DNA of 64,000 nt, taken from the NCBI RefSeq assembly GCF_009914755.1, contig NC_060938.1. One strand, given 5' to 3'. The notes beneath the pieces are model-generated. The model saw only the letters and a program-made list of their open reading frames with translations. It made no database searches and was not told the origin of the DNA. How positions within the stretch are numbered: position 1 is the first letter of the stretch; every line of letters begins with the position of its first letter. Made by a program: the position numbers and the translations under genes. The DNA is from the human T2T-CHM13v2.0 reference genome, Homo sapiens. Below are positions 11,931 to 23,626 of this stretch, one piece after another.

Positions 11931-13659
11931 CTAAGCATTTCCTATATAATAACTTTTGTGGATATGTTACTGAGCATGGGGCACTTAGCTTCCTTTTTCT
12001 AGTTCACATAATCTTAGTGGCACTAATAGGAGGTGGGTAATGTTTCATAAAGAAACAATTTACTTTGATTACAGTGGATAAAGATTCTGAACTATGAGCA
12101 GTCTATCCTCAACAAAGAATGGTAAAGACAAAAACTACCTTCCTTTGTCTATTATCATTTGCCATCTTCTTTTGCAATTATAAAGAGTTTTGTTTTCACT
12201 TGGATGCAGAAGTTGAAAGAGAGACTGAGCAGCCATTCTTAGATTTAAATCCTCCCCCACTCCTAGGGATATAATAATTAATATATAACCTTTGGCGTTT
12301 GGCGTTGGGGCTTTTGAGTACTTTTCTTTCTTTCTTTTTCTTTTTTCTTATATAGGGTCTCCACTTTTTCTCTTCCTTTCAGGATATTGACAATTTTTAT
12401 TCAACGCATTCTCCAAACCTCTTTTCCCCAGCTCAGATCTTCTGTACCAGGGCAGTTAATTACGATTACCTTAGATATTCCACATAACCCTTAAGAGAAG
12501 CTTACGAAAAGGGGTTTCTTTAAATCAACCACCAAGAGCACACACACCAGTCCCACTCCCCTTCCCCTCCTCTGGGAGCACCCCCCACCCCAGGCCTTCT
12601 AGCTCTACATTGCCAAAACTACACAACTCCCACTCCACCATAGCAAAGCTTTCTCAGGAAAGAGCACCACACAGCATCCCCTTTCCTCTCCCTGGAAACA
12701 GCGTTAACCAGGCCGGCAGCCTCAAAGCGCGCTTCCTGGATCCTTTGACCAGGATGCGCCAGGGGCCTGGGCTCCCGCTGGACACTGGCGCGCTCAGACT
12801 TTGAATAGGGCGTCAGGCGAAGAATGGCCAAACCCAGGGCAATTTCCGGGGTGGGGGGGGGGGGCTTAGACTGCTGGTAAACTGTACCACGTCCACTCAC
12901 CACCACCCAAGCCCTCCAACCCACAGCCAGGCCCGCCGCACTTAGGACTTGAAGTTTCAATGCTCCCTGCAAGGTGGGGCCATCCGGGCAGCGGCGAAAT
13001 ACAGGTTTTGGGCGGGGGCAGCCACAGCACCCAACCCTCTTGCAAAGCTGTGCCTCCCGAATTAGGGACAAACTCCCTGGGATTTGTTTTCTGCGGGAGA
13101 AAAGGCGGAGGGATGTGGGGGGAGTAAGGTGTGGTGGCGATTCGTGGAGGGCAAGGGTAAGGGGCAGTTACAGCCACATCTCTGCCCTGGACAGAGCCGG
13201 GTCCAGGGGCCGCGGGCCTGCCCGCCGCTCGGTTGTCAGCATCTCCTGTAGCCGGCGCGCACACTGCGCGCAAACACGCCCCCCAAAATCCCCACAACCT
13301 GTCAAACGGGCCCTACAGCTCGGAGCCTCCTGGCAGGAGGGAGAAACTTGTACCCAGACTCGCCAGCAGCCAGAATGCTGCTGTTTGCCTATGAGAACAA
13401 TTTTTAAAGCGGAAATAATCATGATAATGAAATAAAAGGATCAAAAGCATCTTGACTTTTTCTGAGCCTTTGGGAAAAATAAAATTGTTGTTTTCTACCA
13501 GCCCGCGAATATTCCCAGTCGCCCGTGGCGACGCGGGGGTGGGGTCGGCGCTCAAGGCAGAAAGCGCGAGGCAGGTGCCCAGGAGAGCCGCGCAGAAGGG
13601 GACTGACTGGGGGGCCCTGGTCCCCGACGCCATTTGAGGGGCAGCGGCGCCCGCCTTAC

Positions 13660-13900
13660 CTGTGGATGCAGTTTCCATGGCAACGGGCGACTGCCGGGCG
13701 GGGCCCGAGCCGGCTTCCCGCGACGCCGCTTCCCGGGCCCTGGCGCCCAACCCCGGGCTGGGCTCCCCAGCCTGCGGCGCCGGCGTGGCCCCTTTCGGCG
13801 TCACCGCTTCGTTCTCCCCCTCCCCCCGGTGCCTGAGCCACTGGGACCCGGGGCCGGCCAGCGGCAGCAGCTCGTCCTGCGGATCCCCCGGCGCGGCCAT
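13660..13900 (-). CDS. RTN1: Reticulon-1 isoform A, coding part of exon 1 (241 bp, phase-1 intron follows)
   Basis: Translation MAAPGDPQDELLPLAGPGSQWLRHRGEGENEAVTPKG...PVAMETAST(G) is the RTN1-A N-terminus. Strong Kozak gccagccATGG at 13900. Splice donor ACAG|GTAAGG at 13660/13659. The ORF-track extension to 13313 is intron read-through. Confidence 0.96.
13671..13684. promoter_or_regulatory. RFX X-box motif inside RTN1 coding exon 1
   Basis: GTTTCCATGGCAAC matches the palindromic RFX consensus GTTnCCATGGnAAC. Confidence 0.65.
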
Positions 13901-14200
13901 GGCTGGCGGTCCCCCGGCGCGGCGACGGCGGCTTGGCTGGGCAGAGGCTCGGTGGCTGCGCGGGCGCTCCCTGCTGCTGTCCCCGGAGGGACTCGGCGCT
14001 CAGGGAAGCTGCGGTGTCTCAGCGTCGCCGCCGCCTCTGCTGCAACTCCGCCGAGCCGCTGCCTGCCGCTCTTCCCGCTTCAGCTCCTCCTTCTCCCCCC
14101 TCCTCTTCCTCCGGCCCCGCCGCGGCCGCTGCCTGCGCTCCTCCTCCTACTCCACTCGCTGCTGCCGCCGCTGCTTCGCTATTCCCAATCCTGTTATTAC
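13901..14200 (-). other. RTN1: RTN1-A GC-rich 5' UTR / transcription start region (5' boundary approximate)
   Basis: Contiguous with the ATG. No upstream ATG on the minus strand. GGA-rich purine tract 14085-14112 and short GCA/GCG triplet run 14158-14175. Confidence 0.7.
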
Positions 14201-15379
14201 GCAGGTGAAAATGGCCTGCTTGGTCCGGGTCCTCCTGGGCACGTCAGCCCCCAACCTGCAAATGGCAGGCCCCGGTTAGGGGATGTGCCAAATCCACTCG
14301 AATCTTCCTCTCGTTTGGGGAGGAAAAAAAAGGAAGAACCAGCAAGTAGCAGCAGCCACCAGCAGCGTCGCCTTCCCAACTGAGAAAGTTAAGCCCCGAC
14401 TGGTGTCCTGGGTCCCGAGGCAAAGAGGGAAAGCTAGAGAACTCAGGGCCACAGTTCTGAGAGTGACCAGTATGAGTTGTGGAGGGGACACAGGTCTGAA
14501 CGGGGAAGGGGTGGAGATGGGTTCTGATGGCAGATGGAGACCAGGGAAGCTGCAACCCCGCGGTTAAATCCTGCGTTTCCAGAATGGGCCTGAAAATAGT
14601 GGAGTAAAGAAATGAGTTATCAGGACAGCCTCCAAAAAAAGCTTAACAGATCTCACCCTGACCAGCCCTGAGGGCAAACAGGGTGTCAATAGGCAAGGAC
14701 AAAAGCTGTACATTTGCTTTCAGAAACACTGAGCCAAGGCCATCCTAATCATAAGCTGTCTGTGCAGTCCGTTGTATTTCAGAATTTGGACATTCCATGA
14801 AGCTTGCATCTTTTTCTTTACAGTTCACTGTGATAAAATGGAAGATAGTCAGCAAATAAACCCAAACTCAGAGGAGGAAAGTGACTTGCCTTATCATGTG
14901 TTGTGCCCATACGAAGACCCATCTTTTCAAATGTCTTGTGTTTTATTGGTTCCCAAGTTGTTTATATAATAAAATAATGTGCCTTTAAAAACTAAGATTC
15001 ACCACAACACACAGGGTGAAGGAATAGGTTTTTCTGCTGTTTCTTCTCTAGGAAAGGTGGGCGCAGACGGTACCGCACACACTGTGAGACTGTGGGACTC
15101 TTGGCCACCATGCGCATCTTGAGGATTTCATACCTGTCCATTGGTATATTCAAAGGCCAACTTCAGGACCATTCAGGTGCTCCTCAATAATGCTAAAATG
15201 AAAAAGCCCAGAGTCTGCCTAATCTTTTGTTCTGCTAGTGCACTAATGTTCAAAAGATGACAATAAATTAGAGAAAAATCATTCACTAAACAATAAATAT
15301 GGCCTCCTGAAGCCAGATATCCCTGGAAATCTGATGGTCACCAAAATTTTACATTTTTGACATACTCAAAATTATGTCT

Positions 15380-15510
15380 CATGATGGAAATATTCACTAT
15401 CTAGATTGTGGTTATAGCTTCACAGGTGCAAACATATGTCAAAACTTATTGTTTACTGTAAATATGAACAATTTAATGTGTTGTCAGTTATAACTCAATA
15501 AATCTATAAA
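15380..15510 (+). mobile_element. L1MC/ME 3' end fragment
   Basis: tgatggaaatattc...tatctagattgtgg...catatgtcaaaactta...tataactcaataaa. Confidence 0.6.
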
Positions 15511-16699
15511 AATAATCTCATCCAAAAACAACAAAATAATTGGTTATCATGAATCATAATGATTTTTAAACATCTTTCCATGGGAAAACAAGAGTGTATT
15601 TAAAAAACCGTTAAGTTGAAAAGCTTATTCCACTGCTGTATTTCCATGGAGCTTAATCCTGTCTTGTAATTAGAGGGCACTTGTAAGTTTTTTCAAATCT
15701 ATTACTTAGTATTCCCTAAAGCATCAGAAATACTAGATGGGAATTTCTCATGGTTTTATTACTGATAACAAGACAAGAACATAGACAATTCTAATGATAT
15801 AACCTTAAAGTGGTTATTGATGAATACTAATATTTGAGAATTGCTATGCAAAGGAGTTACATACAAAATAATATGAAGTATATTCTTTTGTTTCTCTGAG
15901 AAACATGAATGAAAGTCATCATTAAAAAACTGGGAGACCTAAGCAAGCCTCTGTGTTTCCTTATGATTAATAGATAGGAAGTTTGGGGATATGATTCTAA
16001 TTATTTGTCAATTTCTTTCATACTAATCAATACTCTCATTGAGAATGTGTGAAGGAAATAGCCAGTTAAATCTATTTAGAGTGTAGTTGTTAAAGGAAAT
16101 TGAACATTATTGACAGTTCCATTTTGATAAAGTATTCTATTTTACACTGCTGAAAAGAGATGAGCACAAGATTTCAGTGTTAGCAATTTTCATTACTAAC
16201 TTTCCTTATTAGACTCCACCTTTGGATGTATAAAAATTATCTATTTGGGGGAAGAAATTTTCAGGTTTATGCTATGACTTGAAATGATTCATGTTTATTA
16301 ATATTATTTATTTTGCACCGCTCTGAACTGACAAAGCTTGACTAATTTGAAGATTTATGGGCAAAACACACAGTCGGCAATGGGATTCTGGGGCTTACAT
16401 AGTTGCTCTAAGTTACGAATTACTCTAAAATGCTTTTCAGACACAGAGAAAATAGGATTGTCACTTTTAAAAGGTTCTTAGCAAGAAGAGTTGAGACAAA
16501 AGAACTGTCACGTTTTGTTTTCAGCTTTTGTTTTTTGGAAAAGAAGTTTTGTTCATCATTTGAAAAGAAGAAATGAGGAGCATTTATTTAGCACTAGCTT
16601 CTTAACTTAGTCCAAACCATATATCATGGGGAAACACGGTGTGGGGACATGCAGGAAGAGCGCCACAAGTAACAAGCTTTAACCAAGATGAAATTCTTT

Positions 16700-16768
16700 C
16701 CAGCCTCAATATTAAAGTTACCTAACATCTCTACAACCCAGGTTCCTCAACTGTAACCTGGAGATTTT
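16700..16768 (+). mobile_element. MIR, left part; right part resumes at about 23546-23625 after the L1 and Alu
   Basis: ttacctaacatctct...gttcctcaactgtaacctggaga joins ttttaacagtacatcc...taaatgggttgacatatgtaaagca, collinear with the MIR core. Confidence 0.75.
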
Positions 16769-19700
16769 TTTTTAAATTTTTGTGGGTGGGTACATAGTAG
16801 GTGTATATATTTATGGGGTATATGAGATATTTTAATACAGGCATACAATGAATAATAATCATATCATGGTAAATAAGGTATCCATCACCTCAAGCTTTTA
16901 TCCTTTCTTTGTGTTACAAACAATCCGATTATAATCTTTTTGTTGTTTTGAAATATAAAATAAATTATTGTTGACTGTAGGTGCCCCATTGTGCCAGTGA
17001 ATACTAGATCTTATTCACTCGTATCTAACTATATTTTTATATCTACCATTAACTGTCCCACCTCCATGCCCCTCAGGCCCCTGCCAGCCTCCCAGCACTA
17101 CACTTCTTGGCCTCTGGGAAACCGTTCTACTCTCTATCTCCATGAATTCAACTGTTTTAATTTTAATTTACCACACATAAGTGAGAACATAAGAAGTTTG
17201 TCTTTCTGTGCTTGGCTTATATCACTTAACAGATGTCCTCCAGTTCCATCCATGTTGTGCAAATGACAGGATCTCATTCTTTTTTATGACTGAATAATAG
17301 TCCATTGTGTATATGTACCACATTTTCTTTATCCATTTGTCTCTTGATGAACACATGGGTTGCTTCCAAATTTTGGCTAGTGTGAATAATATAGTGCTGT
17401 GATAAACGTTGGAGTGCAGATATCTCTTCAATATACTTTTGCTTTCTTTTGGGTATATACCCAACAAACAAACAAAAACAAGAAAACATTGAAACACTGG
17501 GGAAACTCTCCAGGATATTGGTTTGGGCAAGCATTTCTAGAGTAATGCCCCATAAGCACAGGCAACCAAAGCAAAAATGGACAAATGGGATCACATCAAG
17601 TTAAAAATCTTCTGCACAGCAAAAGAAACAACTAAGTGAAGAGACAACCCACAGAATAAGAGAATAAAATTGCAAATTATCCATCTGACAAGGGATTAAT
17701 AACCATAATATATAAAAAACTGGGATTGCTGGATCATATGGTAGCTCTAGTTTTTTTAATTGGAGTCAGATGACATCTCATTGTAGTTCTGATTTGCATT
17801 TCTCTAATGATCAATGATATTGAGCACCTTTTCATATGTCTGTTTGCTATTTATTTGTATGTCTTCTTTTGAGTAATGTCTATTTAGATATTTTGCCCAT
17901 TTTTAATTGGATCATTATATTTTTTCTTAATAGAGCTATTTGAGCTCGTTGGGCATCCTTGTAATGTTTCAGATCTTGCAGAAAAGGCTTTCGGTTTTCA
18001 GAAAACCCAATTTAGAATGATACTAGTTTTGCATCTGTCATATATGGCTTTTATTGTGTTGAGGTATGTTCCTTCAATACCCAGTTTCTTGAGGGTTTTT
18101 ACCACAAAGGGATGTTGAATTTTATCAAATGCTTTTTCAGCATCAACTGAAATGATCATATGGTATTTGCCCTTCATTCTGTTGATACAATGCGCTGCAC
18201 TGATGGATTTGCATATGTTGAACCATCCTTGCATCTCTGAGATAAATCCCACTTGGTCATGATTAATGATCTTTTTAATGTGTTGTTGAATTCAGTTTGC
18301 TACTATTTTGTTTATGATTTTTACATCAATGTTCATCAGGGATATTGGCCTGTAGTTTTCTTGATTTGATATGTCTTTGTCTGGTTCTGATATCAGGGTA
18401 ATACTAGCCAGGTAGAATGCGTTTGGAAGTATTCCATCCTGTTCTATTTTTTGTAATAGCTTGAGGTTTAGTATTAGTTCTTCTTTAAATGTTTGGTAAA
18501 ATTCAGCAATGAACACATCAGGCTTTTCTTGCTTGGAGACTTTTATTACAACTTTGATCTCATTACTTGTTATTAGTTTATTCATGTTTAGATTTCTTTA
18601 TGGTTCAGTCTTGGTAGGTTGTATGTGTCTATGAATTTATCCATTTCTTTTAGATTTTCGAATTAATTGGCATATAGTTGCTCATAGTAGTCTCTAATGT
18701 TCCTTTGCATTTCTGAGGTATCAATTATAATGTTTCCTTTTGCATCTCTGATTTATTTGGTCTTCTCTTTTTTTTACTAGTCTGTCTAAAGCTTTGTCAA
18801 GTTAATTTATCTTTTCAAAAAAAACAATTTTTCATTTCATTTATTTTTATTTGTTTGTTCCCATTTCATTTGTTTCTGCTCTGATATTTATTCTTTCTTT
18901 GTTTCTACTAACTTTGGGTTTGATTTGCTCTTGTTTTTCGAATTCTTTAAGATGCATTATTATGTTGCTCATTTGAAGTTTTTCTACTTTTTTGATGTAG
19001 GGCTTATTGCATAAACTTTCCTCTTAATACTGCTTTCAGTGTATTCCACAGGTATTGGTATATTGTGTTTCCATTTTCATGTAGTTCAAGACATTTTTTC
19101 ATTCTTAATTTCAATGAAGAAATTAGAAGAAATCATTGACATGATTTCAATTTTTTTGAAATTTTAAAGACTTGTTTTGTGGCTTAACATATGGTCTATT
19201 CTTGAGAATGATCTATATGCTAAGAAGAAGAATGTATATTCTGCAGCCATTGGTTAAATAGTCTGTAAATACCTATTAGGTCTATTTGGTCTATAGATAA
19301 ATTCTGATATTTCTTTTGTGATTATCTATCTATATGTTCTGTCCAGTGCTGAAAGTGGGGTGTTCATGTGTCCAGCTACTATTGTATTGGAGTTTGTCTC
19401 TCTCTTTAGCTCAATTAATATTTGCTATATATATTTGGGTGCAGTGTTGGGTGCATATATATTTATAATCGTTATATCCCCTTGACGAATTAACTCCTTT
19501 ATCATTATATAATGATCTTCTTTGTCTCTTCTTATAGTTTTTGTATTTAAATCTATTTTATCGGGTATAAGTATAGTTCTGCTTTTGTTTCCATTCACAT
19601 AAAATATCTTTTTCTGTCCCTTCATTTTCAGTCTATGTAGTTCTTTATAGGTGAAGTGTTTCTTGTAGGCAACAGATTATTTGGTCTTGTTTTTTAATCC

Positions 19701-22700
19701 ATTCAACCACTGTATATCTTTTGATTGGAGAGTTTAGTTCATTTACATTCAGTGTTATTAGGGATAAGTAAGAACTTACTCCTGCATTTTATTTGTTTTC
19801 TGCTTGTTTTGTGGTCTTTTCTTCCTTCTTTCCTTTCTTCCTGTGTTCCACTTAGTGAAGGTGATTTTCTCAGGTGGTATGCCTTAAATTCTTGCTTTTG
19901 TTTGTGTGTATCGTATATTTTTAGATTTGAGGTTACCATGAGGCTTGTGAATACTATCTTATAACCCATTATTTTTAACCAATGAAAATCTAACACTGAT
20001 TGCAAAAACAAACAAGCGAGGAGAAAACTAACAGAAACTATACTTTAACTTCATCCCCCCTGCTTTTTAACTTTTTGTTGTTTCTATTTATATTTTATTA
20101 TACTGACTATGTCTTGAAAAATTGTTGTAATTTTTTTTATTGGTTTATCTTTTAGTATCTGTACTCAATATATGAGTAGTTTACACACCACAATTATAGG
20201 GTTACAATACTCTGTGTTTTTCTGTGTACTTACTACTACCAGTGAGTTTTGTACCTTCAGATGACTTTTTTCAAATTAAAGTACTCCCTTTAGCATTTCT
20301 TCTAGGACACGTCTGGTGTTGATGAAATCCCTCAGCTTTTGTTTTTTCTGGGAACATTTGTATTTCACCTTTATGCTTGAAGGATATTTTTACTGGATAT
20401 ACTATTCTAGGATAAAGGCTGTTTTACCTTCAGCACTTTAAATATGTCTTGCCACTCTCTCCTAGCCTGTAAGATTTTCACTGAGAAGTCTAATGCCAGA
20501 TGTATTGGAACTCTTTTGCATGTTATTTTTTTTTCTCTTGCTGCTTTTACGATCCTATATCCTTGACCTTTGGGAGTTTGGTTGTTAAATGTCTTGAGGC
20601 AGTCTTATTTGGGTCAAATCTGCTTGGTGTTCTATAATCTTCTTGTACTTGAATATTGATATCTTTCTCTAGATTTGGGAAGTTCTCTGCTATTATCTCT
20701 TTGAATAAATTTTCTACCCCTCTCTCTCTCTCTATCTCTCCTCCTTAAGGCCAATAACTCTTAGATTTGTCCTTTTGAGGCTATTTTCTAGATCTTGTAG
20801 GCATGTTTCATTCTTTTTATTATTTCTTCTTTTGTCTTCTCTGACTGTGTATTTTCAAATAGCCCATCTTCAGGCTCACTAATTGTTTCTTCTGCTTGAT
20901 CAATTCTGCTGTTGAGAGACTCTGATGTACTCTTCGGTATGTCAATTATGTTTTTTGCTCCAGAATTTCTACTTTTTAAAGCTTATTTCAATGGCTTTTT
21001 AAACTTGTCTGATAGAATTCTGAATTCTTTCTCTGTGTTACTTTGAATTTTGTTGAGCTTCCGCAAAACAGCTATACTAAATTCTGTGTCTGAAAGGCCA
21101 CACATCTCTGTCTCTCCAAGGTTGGTCACTGGTGACTTATTTAGTTCATCTCATGAGCTCATGGATTGTCCTGATGGTTGTGGATGTATGTTGTTGTCTT
21201 GAAATTGAAGGGTTAAATATTTATATTCACAGTCTGGGCTTGTTCGTACCCATCCTTCTTGGGAAGACTTTCCAGGTATTCAGAGGGACTTAGGCGTTGT
21301 AATCTGTCTTTGGTCACTGTAGCCATGTCTGCATTAGGAGGCACCCCAAGCCCAGTAATGCTATGGCTCTTGCAGACTCATAGAAGTACTGCCTTGCTGA
21401 ACTTGGGTAAGATCTGAGAGAAGTCCCTGGATTACCAAGGAGATACTCTTATTGTCTTCCCTTACTTTACAGAGTCTCTCTCTCTCTCTCTGTGATGAGA
21501 TGCCTGGAGCTGGGAGAGGGGTGACACAAGCACTCTGTGGTCATCACCACTGGGATTTTACTGGATCAGACTTGAAGTCAGCACAGTACTGTCTCTTGCC
21601 CAAGGCCCGCAGTTACCACCACTTGGCTACCACCAATGTTCACTCAAGGACCAATGGCTCTACAATCAGCAGGTGGCAAATCCAGCCAGGCTTGTGTCCT
21701 TCCCTTCAGGGCAGTGAGTTCCCCCAGCCCTGGGAAGGTCCAGAGATGTCATCTGAGAGCCAGGGCCTGGAGTTGGGATCCTTAGGAATCTACCCAGTGC
21801 TCTACTCTACTGCATATAAGATGGCTCCCAAGCTGCAAGAAAAAGCCCTTTCCACTCTTCCTTCGCCTTTCCTCAATCAGAGGTGACTCTCCCCATGGCC
21901 ATCACCACCAGTGGCCCATAGCAAGTACTGCCTGGCTACTACCTATGTTCACTCAAGGCCCAAGAGCTCTTCGTTCAGTCTGAGGTGAATGCTGCCAGTA
22001 CTGAGTCTGTCCCTTCAGGGAAGTGGGTGCTCCTGTGGCTTAGGGTAGTTCCCAAAGTACCATACAGAAAACAAGGCCTAGAGGCAGGAACCCCAGGAGA
22101 TATTTGGTGCTCTACCCCACTGCGGTGAAGCTGCTACCCAAGCTGGTACCCAAGCTGCAAGACAAAGTCCCCTTTACTCTTCCCTCTTCTTTCCTCAAGC
22201 AGAAGCACTCTCTCCCTATGGCCACCACAGCTTGGAATATGCTGGATCACACCTGAAACCAGCATAGCTCTGAGTCTCACCCAAGGCCCATAGTGACTAT
22301 TACCTGTATACCACTGATGACTATTCAGGGAACAAAGGCATTTTAGTCAGCAAATGATAAATCCTGCCAGGATTGGGTTCTTCCCTTCAAGGCAGTAAGT
22401 TCCCTTCTGGCCCAAGGTGTGTCTAGAAATGTTGTTCAGGAGCTAGGACCTGGAACTGGGGCCTCAGGACTCTGCCTGATGCCTTATTTTACTGTTGCTG
22501 AGCTGGTATCCAAGTTGCAGAACAAAGTCCTCTTTACTCTCCATTTTCTCCTCAAGCAGAGGTAAGGAGTCTCTCCCAGAGCTGCAAGCTGTGCTGCCTA
22601 AGATTGGAGAAAGGGTGATGTAAGCCATCCCTTGGCCACCCTGGCTTGTGCCTCACTGGGTCACATGCACCCCAAGTTCTGAGCCCTGCACAGCACTAGG

Positions 22701-23231
22701 ACTTGCCCAGGAACTGCAAGGCCTTGTGGCCTATGCTGCCTTTCAAATTTATTCAGGACCCCAGAGCTGTTTAGTGCATGGTGGCGGGGCTTACTAGACC
22801 TCAGGTTCTGACCACTGGGATGGATGATTCACCTCTGGCTAGGGCTGGCCTAAATACTTCCTCCATGGGCCCTGGCTAAATTTTGCCCCATGTTGCTTTC
22901 TGCTGTGACAGGGCAGCACCGAGTTCCAATGCAAAGTTCCACAATCACTTTGCTGTCTCTCCTAAATGCAAAGATTCTCTCTCTACACCGTGTGGCCACT
23001 CCCAGGGAATTGGGGAGAGTTGGTGTAGGCAATTCAAGACTGTCATTCCTGCCCTCTTCAGAGCCTCTTTCCTTAATATCATGTTAAAGGCAGGTACTGT
23101 GGTCACTCACCTGATTTTTGGTTCTTATAAAGTTGCTTTTTTATGTGGATAGTTGTTCAATGTGGTGTTCCTGTGGGAGGTGCAACAATCGCTGGAGGCT
23201 TCTATTCAGCCATCTTGCTCTGCTTTTTCTC
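16769..23231 (-). mobile_element. Full-span L1MA1-3-type LINE-1 (5' UTR to poly-A) with internal deletions and inversions; ORFs dead
   Basis: Poly-T and L1MA-type 3' UTR at 16764-17300, ORF2 remnants (17998-18252, 18292-18585, 19425-19625), 5' end with YY1 site (CAAGATGGCTG, 23207-23217), TSD CCTGGAGATTTT at 16757-16768 and 23232-23243. Confidence 0.9.
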
Positions 23232-23244
23232 CCTGGAGATTTTA

Positions 23245-23626
<382 letters not shown>

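Larger units (their letters stand above)
1..13659 (-). other. RTN1: RTN1 intron 1 (continues beyond window start)
   Basis: Downstream of the GTAAGG donor. No sequence encoding the next RTN1-A residues (VAGVSSAMDH...) was recognised in the window. Confidence 0.88.
12700..14580. promoter_or_regulatory. RTN1: CpG island / RTN1-A promoter
   Basis: Dense CpG and high GC against an AT-rich background. GC boxes, CCAAT at 14185, YY1-like AAAATGGC near 14208, CRE half-site ACGTCA at 14241. Confidence 0.92.

Noticed and set aside
13313-13659. C-terminal 115 aa of the 195-aa ORF 13313..13900
   Set aside because: Read-through past the GTAAGG donor into intron 1; not RTN1 protein.
13525-14383. Long + strand ORFs (249, 205 and 103 aa) antisense to RTN1 exon 1
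   Set aside because: Stop-poor GC-rich CpG island, low-complexity R/P/A/S composition, mostly non-ATG starts.
15160-15185. Possible RE1/NRSE at TTCAGGACC
   Set aside because: The right half (GGACAG) is absent.
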